A DNA stretch of 64,000 nucleotides from Antedon mediterranea (lineage: Eukaryota; Animalia; Echinodermata). The stretch's first letter is position 1. Each line of letters opens with the position of its first letter. The position numbers and the translations under genes were made by a program. Below are positions 1 to 12,720 of the stretch, piece by piece. The notes beneath the pieces are model-generated. The model was not told where the DNA came from, made no database searches, and saw only the letters and a list, made by a program, of their open reading frames with translations. The stretch spans positions 12,834,001 through 12,898,000 of the forward strand of contig NC_092671.1 in assembly GCF_964355755.1 (NCBI RefSeq), written 5' to 3'.

Positions 1-3000
1 TAGCTGTAATTAAACAGATAAATATTTACAATAAAAATGAATACTAATGATAAAATTTCCAATGTAAATAAAAAAATAAAAAATAAAATCTAAAGTTGAT
101 TGCAAGCAAGCTTTCTGGGAGAGCACAATCAGTCCCTATTATCCTTCCCTCTTCACAATATTATTAATACCTCTCTTGTTTTCAATAAGATAGCATTGAA
201 ACATTATGGCACTCTCATCTATGGGACAACAAAGAATTATTATTATAAATAAAATAAAAGTCAAATTATGGATACATAATATAGAGATTTATATATACAT
301 TAATTAAACAAAGTTTCAATAAAGAATGGTATTCTTTTTATAGCATTTAAACACTTGTTTATTTTTTTAAATATGTATTGAATATCATATTTTAGTAGCC
401 TAAGTAGTCCCTCGAGGTAATAACTGTATTATGCGGCCTATGTGGCATTTCCCCTTTTGATGAAATGATATAACTGGTAGTTTAGGTGGCAGTGCAACAA
501 GACAAACCAGTGAATATATAGCAATATTTACTTTCAATACAATTTTACTGATTTTCAAAACACACTACATCTTAATTACTATGAAAAAGTTTTAAAAGAA
601 AATATGATATAATATATATAATAAAAATTAACTTCCATCCTCAGAGAATATTACACAAATACTCATCACACTGGACTTATTATCTACAAACAAGAAACTG
701 CTAAGACATCCTTGGAATACTATCTATAATTTGTTGCTATCCAGTTTCAACAGCCTCATTCATTCAATAGGCCTTAGATTTAAAATCGTCAATGATAAAA
801 TAATACTAAAGTCAATAGCCAGAACAGCAAGCTATGCTTTTCCATATATGGGCATGAGAATTGGCAGCAACTCAAAGTTGACGAGCCTCCATGCAACACA
901 ATTTGAAATACCAAGGCACCGATATTAATTATTCTACAGCATGTAATTAAAGCCAAAGCTATGATTGCAAATTAACTGCCCTGTCTGCTACTAAGCTTAC
1001 CACCGACACAGTGACAGACTGTGTATGTTGTAAGATTGTGGCGTTGGCTTGTATGTTGATGTAACATGAACCTAGTCTGTATGTGTCCTGTGTGATATTT
1101 TTATCTTCGGTCAAATGTTCGTGTGTATGTTTGTATGTGAATGATATCACTGACATTTAATTTTGCTTTGGAATGTTTAAGTTTAATGTTTAATTATTAT
1201 AGAGAAATTACTTGCATTATTGTATTTAATAAGAAAAATTTAAAATAATAACTTATTTTACCTTAAGTCTAACAAATAAACATTATGTTGTATTGCAGCA
1301 AAAAGTTGCAAAGCTATAACTAGTTACATTCTAACAAAACAAATCTATCAAACAGTTTTGACTGTTATTTTAACAACCATTCAAATGGTCAATTAAAATT
1401 TGTCTCATTTCCGTTTTCAAGAAAATGGAGGTAATTTATTCACACTGAATTTAAGCAGTTTGATCTCGGCAGAAACAAGGCTCTATTTATGATGTACGGT
1501 GTTATGAATGTAATAAAATTCATCAATACATCTTATAAATTAAATACACTCTTTTTTATAGTCTAGACACTCTAATATGCCTAACATAAATCAGACATTT
1601 GGATAATAACTAAGAATGGCCATGTGTTAATCTTCTTCCAACAGAGACACATTTCATGCAGATCCGCCTTCCAAAAAAACCCACAATTTTAACTTAACCG
1701 CATAGGCCCTCAAATTATATTTTAATATTTTACATCTTGGTGTAGGTCATTAACTGTGCATTTAAACATCAGAATAGATTTATATTCCGGTAATGAAATC
1801 AGTAGATAGAATAACACAAATCATAGCTATACTCACTAAAATCGACACCAAAATAAAACTAATTGAGGCTTTAGTTTGTACATTTTTCATATAAAAAAAA
1901 ACAAAAGTAGTTTGTGAATAGAAACTATATTATGAAAAATTATGACAACCTTATTAAAAAAGCATAATTGTGAATAAACAAATATTGAAACATATTTGAA
2001 TTCCACTGGATGTCTTACACAATTACTAATTTTTGCCTACTTTGATTATTCCCAGTATAATAATTAAGTTATATTTTAATATTTAACATTTTATTTAATA
2101 TAACATAATAAACTTAAAAGGGTCATGGGTGGTTCAGCAAACAAAATGGACTGCTTTATTTAGTAAATAACTTTAAACAAAGTACAATATTATACACTTT
2201 AATGATTCAAAATCACCTAAAGCATTCTTTTAAATCAGAAAGTAAGACAGGGAATATTTTAAGGTGTGATATATTGCTTGAGTGGCGTGGAACATTTATG
2301 AGGCATTATATCAGGATTGAACCCTGGACCTTGGAATACATGCACATTAACCACCAAGTTACAGCTCTACTTTTTTACATATTATTAAAGGCACAACACT
2401 CACTATTAGTTATCTGTATACTTTAGTCTTATAAAATTAGCCAAAGAACCTGCAGTGATTTCTCCATTAGAAATAATTCCATAAAATTATGATATAATGA
2501 TCTAACAATGGACACATATGAAGTATCCAGTTAACCTAAATTCTAATGTTAGTTCAATTATGCATCAATTCCATAAAATTAAAAAAATAATTAATTTATA
2601 AATATTTTAATTAAGATAAACAAATTAATAACTGATTTGACAAATTTGTATCAATTAGTTTTTAATGTCAGACACTGTAGTCATATCTTAAAATTAGACT
2701 TCTATTTTTAATTAATAATAAATGGTAAACTAGACAAAAATTAATAAAACTTAACTAACTATTACCAGTTAAGTAATCGAGCCAATATGTGTTTTAAGGC
2801 TATGGTCAACCCCTAATAAGGGGACACCTTTTGGAACACAATAAAGTGGTGTTCCAAAGGAGTGGTATTGCTAAATTGGTGTTGAATTTACTTTTTTAGT
2901 GTGAATATTCTTTTCTTAGTGCTACTGTGTGAAACTGGTTATATAACTGTGTTTTGTAGCTTTGCCATGAAAGTACAGTATTTAGTTCATTCAACTTGTT

Positions 3001-3204
3001 ACCAATTACAGTGTAATGAAATGGGTTTTTAGGATAATGAAAAAGAATAACTAAGATTATTTTTTGATTAACTCAAAATCAAAATTTAATTCGAAAGTAA
3101 ATAGATAAATTAATAACGTGGTCATATTTGGCCAAACTGGTCAATCTCATCTGTATATCAAACGTATTTACTCAAACGCATTAATGTAGTGTAATCACTT
3201 ATCA

Positions 3205-3300
3205 TAGATTGTCCAATCATATTGGTCGTTACTAAATTGAATCATCCCAACCATTGACATTATGTCAGTTGTGATTGGTTAAGACATTCTATTGGCAAAC
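3205..3300 (+). promoter_or_regulatory. CCAAT-box cluster, candidate promoter of the telokin-like unit
   Basis: gtccaatc (3211), attggtc (3221), gattggtt (3273) and attggc (3291) lie 160-250 nt upstream of the ATG exon. Confidence 0.4.
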
Positions 3301-3459
3301 ATTTTTATCATACCAAGCATAGTTGTGAAGTTTAGAAACCAAGATCTTGTAGTGAGTACTACTTGAGCAGAACACAATATACCCTGAACTTGTTACTCTC
3401 TACTGGTTAACTTGCAGGCTCCCAGGCAATAGCTAAAAAGCTCTATCAACAATTTCAAT

Positions 3460-4886
3460 ATGTCTGGTAAGTTTACTTTTATTCATAATATTAACTGTCA
3501 CAACATTTTAAAGTCATTATAATCAATATTTATGCATAGTTTTCCAGCTGGGTTTACTGGTTCCTAATATAGGGACTATGTCATACCTTAGGTAATACCA
3601 TATCTAAATATAAAATGTATTCTATATTTTAATTTAATATTATAATAAAAATCTGTAATAAACAGCTAAAATAGTATAATTCTTTCCAATAAAATTTAAA
3701 TTATATAAGGTGATGTATAAAATTCAAATGAAGAGAAAAACAGATAAATAAAAAAGTTTTTAATATACCCATATTGTTGTTAAAAATAGAACATTAACCA
3801 AATAAATATGCAAAGTACATTAAAAGAATTGCCTGCTTAAAAAAACTTATTTTTCAATTAAAAACTTCTTTTATTTCATATCTGTAAAATGTTACCTTTT
3901 GAGATACCATTGGCAGCATCTTGTACCCCTACATTTTACTTATTTGTTACTTAATGTGTTTAGTGTTAATGTATTATGATGCCCCAGATGGAGTTCCATA
4001 GCATAGCATTTAATACTTAAGCACTTAAGGATTGCATTGAAAGGTGCAATGGTCTACCTGGTAATATCATCGAAAAGTGAAATTTCACTCTTCCATGGTA
4101 ATACCCAGCTAATTCTAGTATTTTATATACTAATACAGAACTAGATGATGTCTAAGGTGGTCAGGTTAACCCCTTGTCCTTAATATAGTAACTGCTATCA
4201 ATTTTTCATAATCTATTTAAAGCTTGGTTCCCACTTATACAAAACACAATGATAAAAGCAAGTTGACCCATCACAGGCGTCAGTATGGATGACACATCGC
4301 ATCGTAATTGGTACTTGCATTGCATGTTAGTCTGAACCAAGCTTAAGCCCCACTTTTTTGTTCTTTGAAATGGAAGAAAAAGTGTGCTGTCCAAAAAGAT
4401 TAGGGGCCTAAGCCTGATTCACCATCATATAAGTTATACTTGACGTGTAATAATCACACTTCAATTCAACTCAACTAAAAGATAAAACAAAAACTGATTC
4501 TTGCTATGCTCTGGATTGATTTTTTTAGTCCATTATTTTCCAATTTATTATATTTTCTAGGTCCAATCTTTGAAAAACTTCTGGAGGAAGAGATGCAAGT
4601 AGTTGCTGGTAGTGGGGCCATCTTTGAAGTAAAAGTAACAGGAGAAGCACCTTTAAGTGTTAAATGGTATGTAGATGATGAAGAAGTGAAAGATGACGAC
4701 AACAAATACATTCTTGATGAAGATGATGGTGGCGTCTACAGGTTTCAAATCCGTGAGGTCCAGGTCGTAGACGACGAAAACGAGTTCACAATCAAATGTG
4801 AAGCATCCAACAATGCAGACACAATTATCACAGAATGCTGCTTAGTGGTTGAGGACCTACCAGAGGAGCTGAAAGGAATCTTGTAA
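3460..4886 (+). CDS. Stand-alone acidic single I-set Ig protein, telokin-like (~110 aa); exons 3460-3466 and 4561-4886
   Basis: ATG TCT G|gtaagt at 3460-3466 joins in phase 1 to ttttctag|GT CCA ATC at 4561. This gives MSGPIFEKLLEEEMQVVAGSGAIFEVKVTGEAPLSVKWYVDDEEV...IKCEASNNADTIITECCLVVEDLPEELKGIL*. The P.F.K, VV.GS.A.F, V.W..DD and C.A.N pattern matches the MLCK C-terminal Ig (telokin). The exon could also be the terminal exon of a longer gene starting upstream of the window. Confidence 0.75.
4221..4343. mobile_element. Small MITE with 10-bp TIR AGCTTGGTTC and TAA flanks (PIF/Harbinger-like)
   Basis: taa|agcttggttc ... gaaccaagct|taa. Confidence 0.45.
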
Positions 4887-5989
4887 GGATTCGCACACTA
4901 TCATTCTGCTAACACATTTCATTATATAAGACACAGAACACTATCAGGGATCAGCTGTACAAGGCTTTGACTGTTTAGAAAATGGGAAAAAGATTTTCAA
5001 TAATTCTCTTTGAACTGCTTATGATTAAAAGTGAAAGCGTTTATTACCGTAATTGAAGATTAATAGGTAAATAAAATAATCTATTGATGTCAATGACAAA
5101 TGGTATATATGCAAATAATAGAAAGAAGGCTTATATGAAGAACTGTCAATGCAAAAACAAAAACAAAAACAAAACAAACGCCAAATTTCAGGACGAGAAT
5201 TAAGAGAAGTGATAGCTGATCCAAAATAAAAATAAAAACCAGAGAAAAAAAAATCATTGATATATAACACTTTTTGACAGAAGTATGAAGGACATTTTCT
5301 AATTCAGGATCTCTATACCTTTTTTAATGATAGCTTGCTGTAGATTTTGAAAGTTTACAAATTTGTCATGCCATCTGCCTGGTTAATGTTTGTTTTAGAC
5401 AACACAGAGATGGCTCCAAATTTAATACATCCATTAAATAATAGAAGTAGTTTGAATGAGTAGTTATCACAGTTTGTATTTTATATATTTCTTGTTTGTA
5501 AAAAGATAATTCATCATTAAAATCTTGAAATGGAATCTAGTCTTTCCAACATCTTTCAATAAATCATCAAATTTCCAGGATATTCTAGATTCTTTTATTC
5601 AAATGGTGGATTTTTTCACAACAAGCTTCAGTTAATCTTGTATAACCAACAGCTATTAAATATTATTTCTTAAACAAATTAATTGTGTTATGTTTCTGCT
5701 GTTTAGCATGCTTATATTACCGACCAATCTTGCAGGCAAGACAAATAATTAAACCTTAAAAATTGGTGATGTCAACTGGGAACATACACTTGCAAAACCT
5801 TTTAGATTTGTCTTATAGCAAGTTGTCGGTAGTCTAAGCAGATGTTGATTTTTAGCTATCAAGCAATCAAGAGGAATGATGGATGGAAGCACAGTTATAT
5901 TTTATATTTCTCCAGATAATTGGAAATTCTCTAATGGGAGAGCTTTTAATTAAAATCATTGCTCTAAATACTGCATATCTGTAGAATTA

Positions 5990-6361
5990 AATTTTTATTT
6001 TTATTTCTATTTTATTCAATCAAACCCAACCGCAATAATTACCACCACTAACAGGTTTGATACAAACAAAGCCAGGACTGTTTAAAGCACCTTGATTGGT
6101 CTGAACATTGAACAAGGGCTTCTATCGTCCAGTGCCCACCTTGACCAGAGGAAAGGCATAAAGCCAATACGTCTGAGGCAGATACTAGATGCAGGGGCTG
6201 CCATAAGAGTCAGCAGTGCTGATTTTAAATGGGACCCCAGCTCTATATACAGGACCCAATATTCCCAGATGGTCTCCCATCCTAGCTCTAACCAAGCCCA
6301 ACGTTGCTTAACTTCGGTAATCTGACGAGAACCGGTGTTTCAACGTGGTAAAACTGTATTA
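5990..6361 (-). mobile_element. 5S-derived SINE (SINE3 type): 5S head, ~225-nt body, A-rich tail
   Basis: On the - strand the 5S head is followed by a GC-richer body with no T4 run and ends in GAATAAAAATAGAAATAAAAATAAAAAT. Only one copy is seen in the window and no TSD was found. Confidence 0.6.
6245..6361 (-). pseudogene. Diverged 5S rRNA copy forming the head of a SINE-like element
   Basis: The reverse complement reads TACAGTTTTACCACGTTGAAACACCGGTTCTCGTCAGATTACCGAAGTTAAGCAACGTTGGGCTTGGTTAGAGCTAGGATGGGAGACCATCTGGGAATATTGGGTCCTGTA. It is collinear with invertebrate 5S rRNA, with box A and box C recognisable, many substitutions and no oligo-T terminator. Confidence 0.9.
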
Positions 6362-6904
6362 TATAGCATCTAATACACATGATCCTTCTCACATACACTT
6401 TTTACACTAAAGGGTAATGCTGTGTCTAGTCTGGAAAGAAAAAGGGTCACGTCTGCAGGGTATAAATTAATATTGCATACAAAATATATATTGATATAAA
6501 GGATCACACTTTTCTATTCTTTAAAGTGTACATATCGCAGTATTTTATGCCTATGTTTTACAATTAATTATTAAACAAAACTAAAAAATTAATGTATAAT
6601 TATGTTTAAGACAATTATCACCCTTCCTCTGAAAACTTTCACACTAAATTGACATTAAATAATAACCTAAAAATGGGGTTCCTTTTATCTACATGTTAAT
6701 TTGTCTTTTTATTCTTTAAAATCTACTGGATGTACTGTAAAACACTAAAAATACAAACAAAAAAATATACTTTAATAAAAAGGGATGTACACAATTATCT
6801 AACATAGACCATATACTGTGGAAAGAATTAAATAGAAAATCATTGAATGCCATGATTTGCTATTGTGGATACATTTCCTTCATAAAAAAGCAGCTGAACA
6901 TTGT

Positions 6905-7122
6905 AGGTCCATTTATGGTAAAGGGTTATGTATTATGACCCTGTTATACTACATATTACAGCATCTATCAATTAAACCAAAAATGTCATTGAAAACCAGA
7001 CTCATTGTTTAAAGCACAGAATGGTTTACTGTGATTGGCCTGCCAAATATGGCTACATCAAGGTCTGCTAAATGATGATTGGTTGAAACTTTAAGGAATC
7101 CTACATTATTGGACAGGTAAGT
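6905..7122 (+). promoter_or_regulatory. Muscle-type promoter/enhancer: two perfect CArG boxes, CCAAT boxes and a splice donor
   Basis: CCATTTATGG 6909-6918 and CCAAATATGG 7043-7052; ATTGG at about 7034, 7078 and 7108; acag|gtaagt donor at 7117. Confidence 0.5.
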
Positions 7123-8045
7123 GTGATTTAAACCACTCTGTAAAAAGTTAAGTAACAATTTAAATTTCCACATTACCTTTTATCTTGGCTTGGCATGCTT
7201 CATTGTAATATAAGATTAAAATTGACAATAAAAAATGGAAATAATTTAATTGTATTTGACCTAATTATTTAAGCCAACCCACACCAAAGTTAAAATTCAA
7301 AAAATGTAAAAACTATTATTTAAATACCAATGGAATGAAGTAACTATGTATATCACACAAATATAGTTAATTAATTAAAATCACTTTGTAAATAGGATAG
7401 GAATTGATTCAATTATGAGACGGATGAATAAATATAAAGTATGACTGTATAGGGTTAGTATAACTAAAAGGTCACTAACATCTAGCTATTAAAACAATCT
7501 ATCTAATCTATTTAGTTCATTTAACTTCCTCTACCTCCTAGGTACAAAACAATAAAATACTAGTAATATTACTACTGCAATAATTTAATTGAATACTCAT
7601 AAATAATTTTGAAAAAACAATAACCATCAATTTTATATCATTAACACCATTATGCATTATTGACTTAACTTATTTAAAGGTGCTCATATTTCTATAAAAA
7701 TTTGAAGTCAAGAGAATCCCAACAATTATCTATTGTAACTTGGAGATCTTCAATACATTTATTTCATAATTAATTTTAGTTTGGCTATAATTGACCCATA
7801 GAAAACCTGATCACTGAACTGACTGGGGGAAACTTTTGACCTACATTATGATTGAAAATGTCATCTGGTGACCTAATAATCACAGTAGTAAATTACTACT
7901 ACTCACTCAAGCAAGCCAGCTTATTAATCATAATAGCTTTCCGATGGTTTCCTTCTAGCACATTTTTTGTACAGAAAATAGTATAACATATACTACAGTA
8001 TTTCCATAATATATTTTAAGTCACACTATAATTTAAATGGATTAA

Positions 8046-8367
8046 AGATGTATTGTCCACTGAAAAAAGAATTCTTAAAAATGTTGTTGTTGAATATGCC
8101 ATTTTAATGTAACATAATAGTTATCCACTTTGACCAAAAATTGGATCGAAAAAAAATGTATTTACCTGAAAAAAATTTTAAGCAAAAAATTGTCAAATTG
8201 GCTGGATTTTTGGTTGAATTTAACCATTTATTTTGTCATTTTATTATTATTTTTTTTCGTTTTTTTTTCTATGGAAGTGATTAACTTGATTAAAACTACA
8301 AAATAACATATTCAAAGTCTGATGTAATTAATCTTCATTTTTCATGTTTTTGGGGGACAATACATAT
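8046..8367 (+). mobile_element. Non-autonomous DNA transposon with TTAA flanks (Kolobok-like), family A
   Basis: ttaa|agatgtattgtcc ... ggacaatacatat|ttaa. An inverted copy lies at 55201-55503 and a partial copy at about 13595-13684. Confidence 0.75.
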
Positions 8368-10559
8368 TTAATAAAAAAAAGTGAAATGCAAAATGGAATA
8401 AAAAAAAAAGATAGGAGAGAAATTGTGTGAAACATAATTATACCAGAAAAAGAGAGATTACACTCTTTCCTGCTAATATTATTAATAGTAAAGTAAACAA
8501 ACATATAAATTGATAAAAATAAATTTTATTATGTGAAAAATGTTTAATAAATTAACAATATTAATGATAACCTCTATTAATATTGTAATACTACACATCA
8601 ACTATTTTTTCCCATTGAAAACAAATTTAAATTTTCTTTTTGTGGCTATAATTTTAAAAAAGTTTTGCAGAAAAACGATACCATGATCTGATAACTACAT
8701 ATATAGTAATATAAATAGACCATTATGATATAAATAAACACCCAAGACATATGTTGTTTGGGGTTTGGACAGATGTATATCCTATAATGCAAAAAAATGT
8801 ATATCAAGTATTTGAACAGTACATACCCCAAGGCGTACTACCACAGAAGAGTTCTGCTAATACCATTAATGTTAATCTATGAATGAAAAAACAACAACTT
8901 TAAGGTGAAAACAATTAAAAATAATCACTAACCATAATAAAACTGACAGAAAAAGTACTCAACTTCAATAATTTGCATTAGTGTTATATTTATTCATTCA
9001 TTTTCTTTATTTCGGATAGTACATCCATATACAAAACAAGAAGAGAAAATATTTCATCAGGAAATTAACAATCGCATCTTCCACAAAAACAACCTAAAAT
9101 AATATGCTAAAATATCAATTTGCACCAACACATGCAGGTAGGATTGGTTATATTTGTATTATTTAAAGTGGAAAAATATTTAATATGTATCCATAAATAT
9201 GCATTTCTGTATATGGTAACGGACAGAAGGCTTCCTTGACATGTCCTACACAAAGAAATGGTAGGGAGGAGGTTATTAATATGTAATCTAATTCAAACTT
9301 AATTGGCACCTAAGTAGCAGATCTCTGTTCCAATATCATCATCTGTGCTCAATTCAAATTTCAATTTAGTTATATGTTTATCCATTCATTCATTTCAATC
9401 AATGGTATTATTATATTATTTGTATTCGGTAAACATTACTCTCTATCATGTTTCGGTCATAAGGTCAAAATATTCAAGTACAACTTGCTAATTGCCTTGT
9501 TCAATTTTAACTATTTTTTTGTGTGTGAATGAAGCACACTAGCAATATACATCTACTTAAAACCTAATAATATATTGTTATCTTGGAATATCTTATTGAA
9601 AAACAATTATTTATATATTTATGGTTGATAGTTTATAATTATATACATAGATATTAATTAACTTTTTAAAATGGATTTAATTTACACAAATGTATCCAAA
9701 TAAAAGATAACAATATGAAATTGATCTAGTCATATTATTAAAAATGTACATTATTCATTAAAAGTTTAAAAAGTCATTCTGTAACGATGTTTTTAAATAT
9801 GCAGTTAGGTTGAATAAATTGACAGAATATGATTAATTTCACTCTTCCCTGGTAATATTATTATTCAATAAATTAATCATACTAATCAATAAAAGTAATG
9901 GATATAAAATTTTAATGAATGCTTTTATTGGGTCCAGAAAATTTATTTTAGGGATGAGTATAAGAAACATTAAGAAGACTAAAAATATGTACAAAGAAAT
10001 ATCAATAACAAAACAAACACAAAATTATAGACAGGAACAATGATCATGTAGGCAAATCAATTGAATTAGAAAAATAAATTGAATCAAGTGAGCCAAACTG
10101 GAACATAAAGAGGGAGAAATTTTAAGCTTTCAAAAAATGATATATTTATATAAACATCTCACATAATAATAATAACACTCAGTTAACAAAAAAATATTAT
10201 TTATTGTATGAGCTAATGTAATATGTTAATATGTTAGGCTTATACATTCACTTTATTTCACTAGGATTCTGGTTACCAATTTGAATTTGATTAAAAGATT
10301 CTTGAGAAGAGTCAATTAAAAATTCCTTATTACAGATAGCTTCATCCGCCTATTAATTCTAAATTTCTTTACAGCTGATTTTATGAACTTCTTTTTGTTT
10401 ATACTATAATCATTACTGCGTTCTAGTGCAACTTGGCTGAAGCCTGCCAAATACGGATATGAATTCCATACATTCCATCAAACCTTCCTATGCATTCCAA
10501 AGGTTATGAAGGCTAGTGTCGGACTGACAATTTAAAAAAACATAATCAGTGGTTATTGC

Positions 10560-10933
10560 AGCTGTACCTCATTTGCATATCATTAGCATATCACTTAGTC
10601 AGGGATTTTAATATCCTTATTACCTCTGTAAAAATGTGTTTATTATTTACAAAGCTTGTGTATTAATTACTGCGTAGGTGATATTAGCAAAGCTCATTTG
10701 CATATCAGGCTATTAGAAAATGTGTAGTGGCTTGTAGAACTCACGCTGATCGGTTTTCAACTCATTATGAATATTAATTTCTTAGATATCAGGAAGCTGG
10801 GTTACCAGGGAGTGCAGTCCCATAATGCATTGGGACTTGAAACATTGTTGTCATACCTTTTGTGTGCATTGCTACTACCGTCAGTTTGGTAACCCCAGTA
10901 GCCAGGCCCTTATCATAATCAAGGTAGGTAAGT
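10560..10933 (+). promoter_or_regulatory. Candidate promoter and non-coding first exon of the short MLCK: two octamer motifs and a Staf/ZNF143 site
   Basis: CTCATTTGCATATCA occurs twice (octamers at 10571-10578 and 10696-10703); TCCCATAATGCATTGGG at 10818-10834; donor(s) aag|gtag|gtaagt at 10924/10928. Confidence 0.5.
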
Positions 10934-12043
10934 TATTTTCTTTCTAAAAACTTTTTAGAAACTATCAATCTACTATAAATTATTTTCTTCAAATAATTTA
11001 AACTACATAGTAAGTTAAGCAAAGCAGTAGATTGATTAAAGTAGTTTATAATGTCTACAAAAGAATGCAGCTACTCTTCTTGGGATGTGAACCTAAGCTG
11101 AATACTTGGATATAATTCCAAAAGTGCAAATAACATAATGGACATACTTTGTAATGTTTTCATTTAGAATGTATTTTTAAATACACAAATTATTATCAAT
11201 ATTATTCTTGAATTTCTTAGTCAAAATAGTAATGTAAGTGTAACATTTTTTTCTTAAACATGGGATAGGTAGGCCTAGGTATGATATGTCAACAAATTCA
11301 AGTCTAGGCCTATTTAGTATTACATAAAACTTTGTTTATGTATAAAACATATTTATTATCATATTATTATATGTGGAAATCATGGTAATTAAAGTAATTT
11401 CAATTGTATATTTAGATATAACTCAATGAAGTACCATATTTGTTATTTTATATTGCAACTAGATCATGATTGTCTGAGAAAAATTTAGAAAATATAGAAA
11501 AGATATCTGGTATAGTATGTAAACACATATCTAACAAGAGATGGACTAATTCAATAAATATATTGTCAGTTGAAGATTAGTATTTATATTTTGACTGAAT
11601 GTTTTTGCTACAATCAGTATAGCTTGTATACAGAATTAATAAATAGAAACATAATCATTAATTTTATTTAATTTTATTTATTTTTATTATTAAACTAATT
11701 AGGTTATGAAATTATGATATTCAATAACTTTTAAGGTTAAATGAAAATGGTAACTATATTTAGCACAAACAATTTTATTTTTCACCTTTTATTAAATGTA
11801 ACATTAATCTGATGTTTATAAAACAGTGAAAAGTTTTGACATCGTTAGTCAAAAGGTATTATGTTTAAGCACAGAGGACTTAACTTGAAAAAACAAGGTT
11901 GGATCTTAATCACAACTATTAATAAATGAAATATGATCTTAGAAATGAAACTCAGGAAGTAATTATAAGCCTGGCATACCACTCATTGTAGATTGTTCAC
12001 AGGCAAGTCCAATTAGACGTTATCGTATTTTATCTTAAGAACT

Positions 12044-12430
12044 ATGTCTTCATAAACATCTCAACACACATTTCTAAACAATCTTGTCTCTTTAAAAAAG
12101 TTTTTTTGTATTTTCAAGTATAGAGGGCAGTATTCATATTTTCTATATCAACAAGCATCCAATTAATAATTATCAATTATTATGTTTTGTTTAAAAAACA
12201 CTGTTGCTCATGTAATAATTATACCATTTTGGCTGTGAGAAAAATTCCTGGTATTGAGATACACAATCAATTTGTTACTTTTATATCATATTATCTACTA
12301 CAGAAGTATTTTATTTTATGTCTCCATAAACCTCTCAACGCACATTTCAACAATTTAGTCTCCTTAAAAAAGTTTGCATTTGTTCAAAATAGAGGGCAGT
12401 ATTCCCATTTTTGTAATCAACATACATAAT
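12044..12430 (+). repeat. Local diverged direct duplication (about 115-nt blocks, about 274-nt period)
   Basis: atgtcttcataaacatctcaacacacatttc...tagagggcagtattc at 12044 is repeated as atgtctccataaacctctcaacgcacatttc...tagagggcagtattc at 12318. Confidence 0.7.
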
Positions 12431-12720
12431 ATTTTTATCAATTATACTATTAAAAAATATATTAAACAGTTAGTGTTTGCCATGAGAACAGTTGTATTTA
12501 AAATTATATTCATGTCATATTATTTGTTACAATACTAATTTTATTCTTTCACCTTTAACTAAAATAAATAAATAAATAAATAGACATATTTATGAAAAAC
12601 TGTTAAGTAACTAAATTATTATCATCCCATAATAAGCATAAACAATTTTCTAGATAGTTGTTAATTGAAATGAATAACATTCTTTTGTTATTTTGCAGTA
12701 ACAGGAAAACAACAAGAAAG

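Noticed and set aside
6245-6361. Functional 5S rRNA gene
   Set aside because: Many substitutions, no oligo-T terminator and no tandem array.
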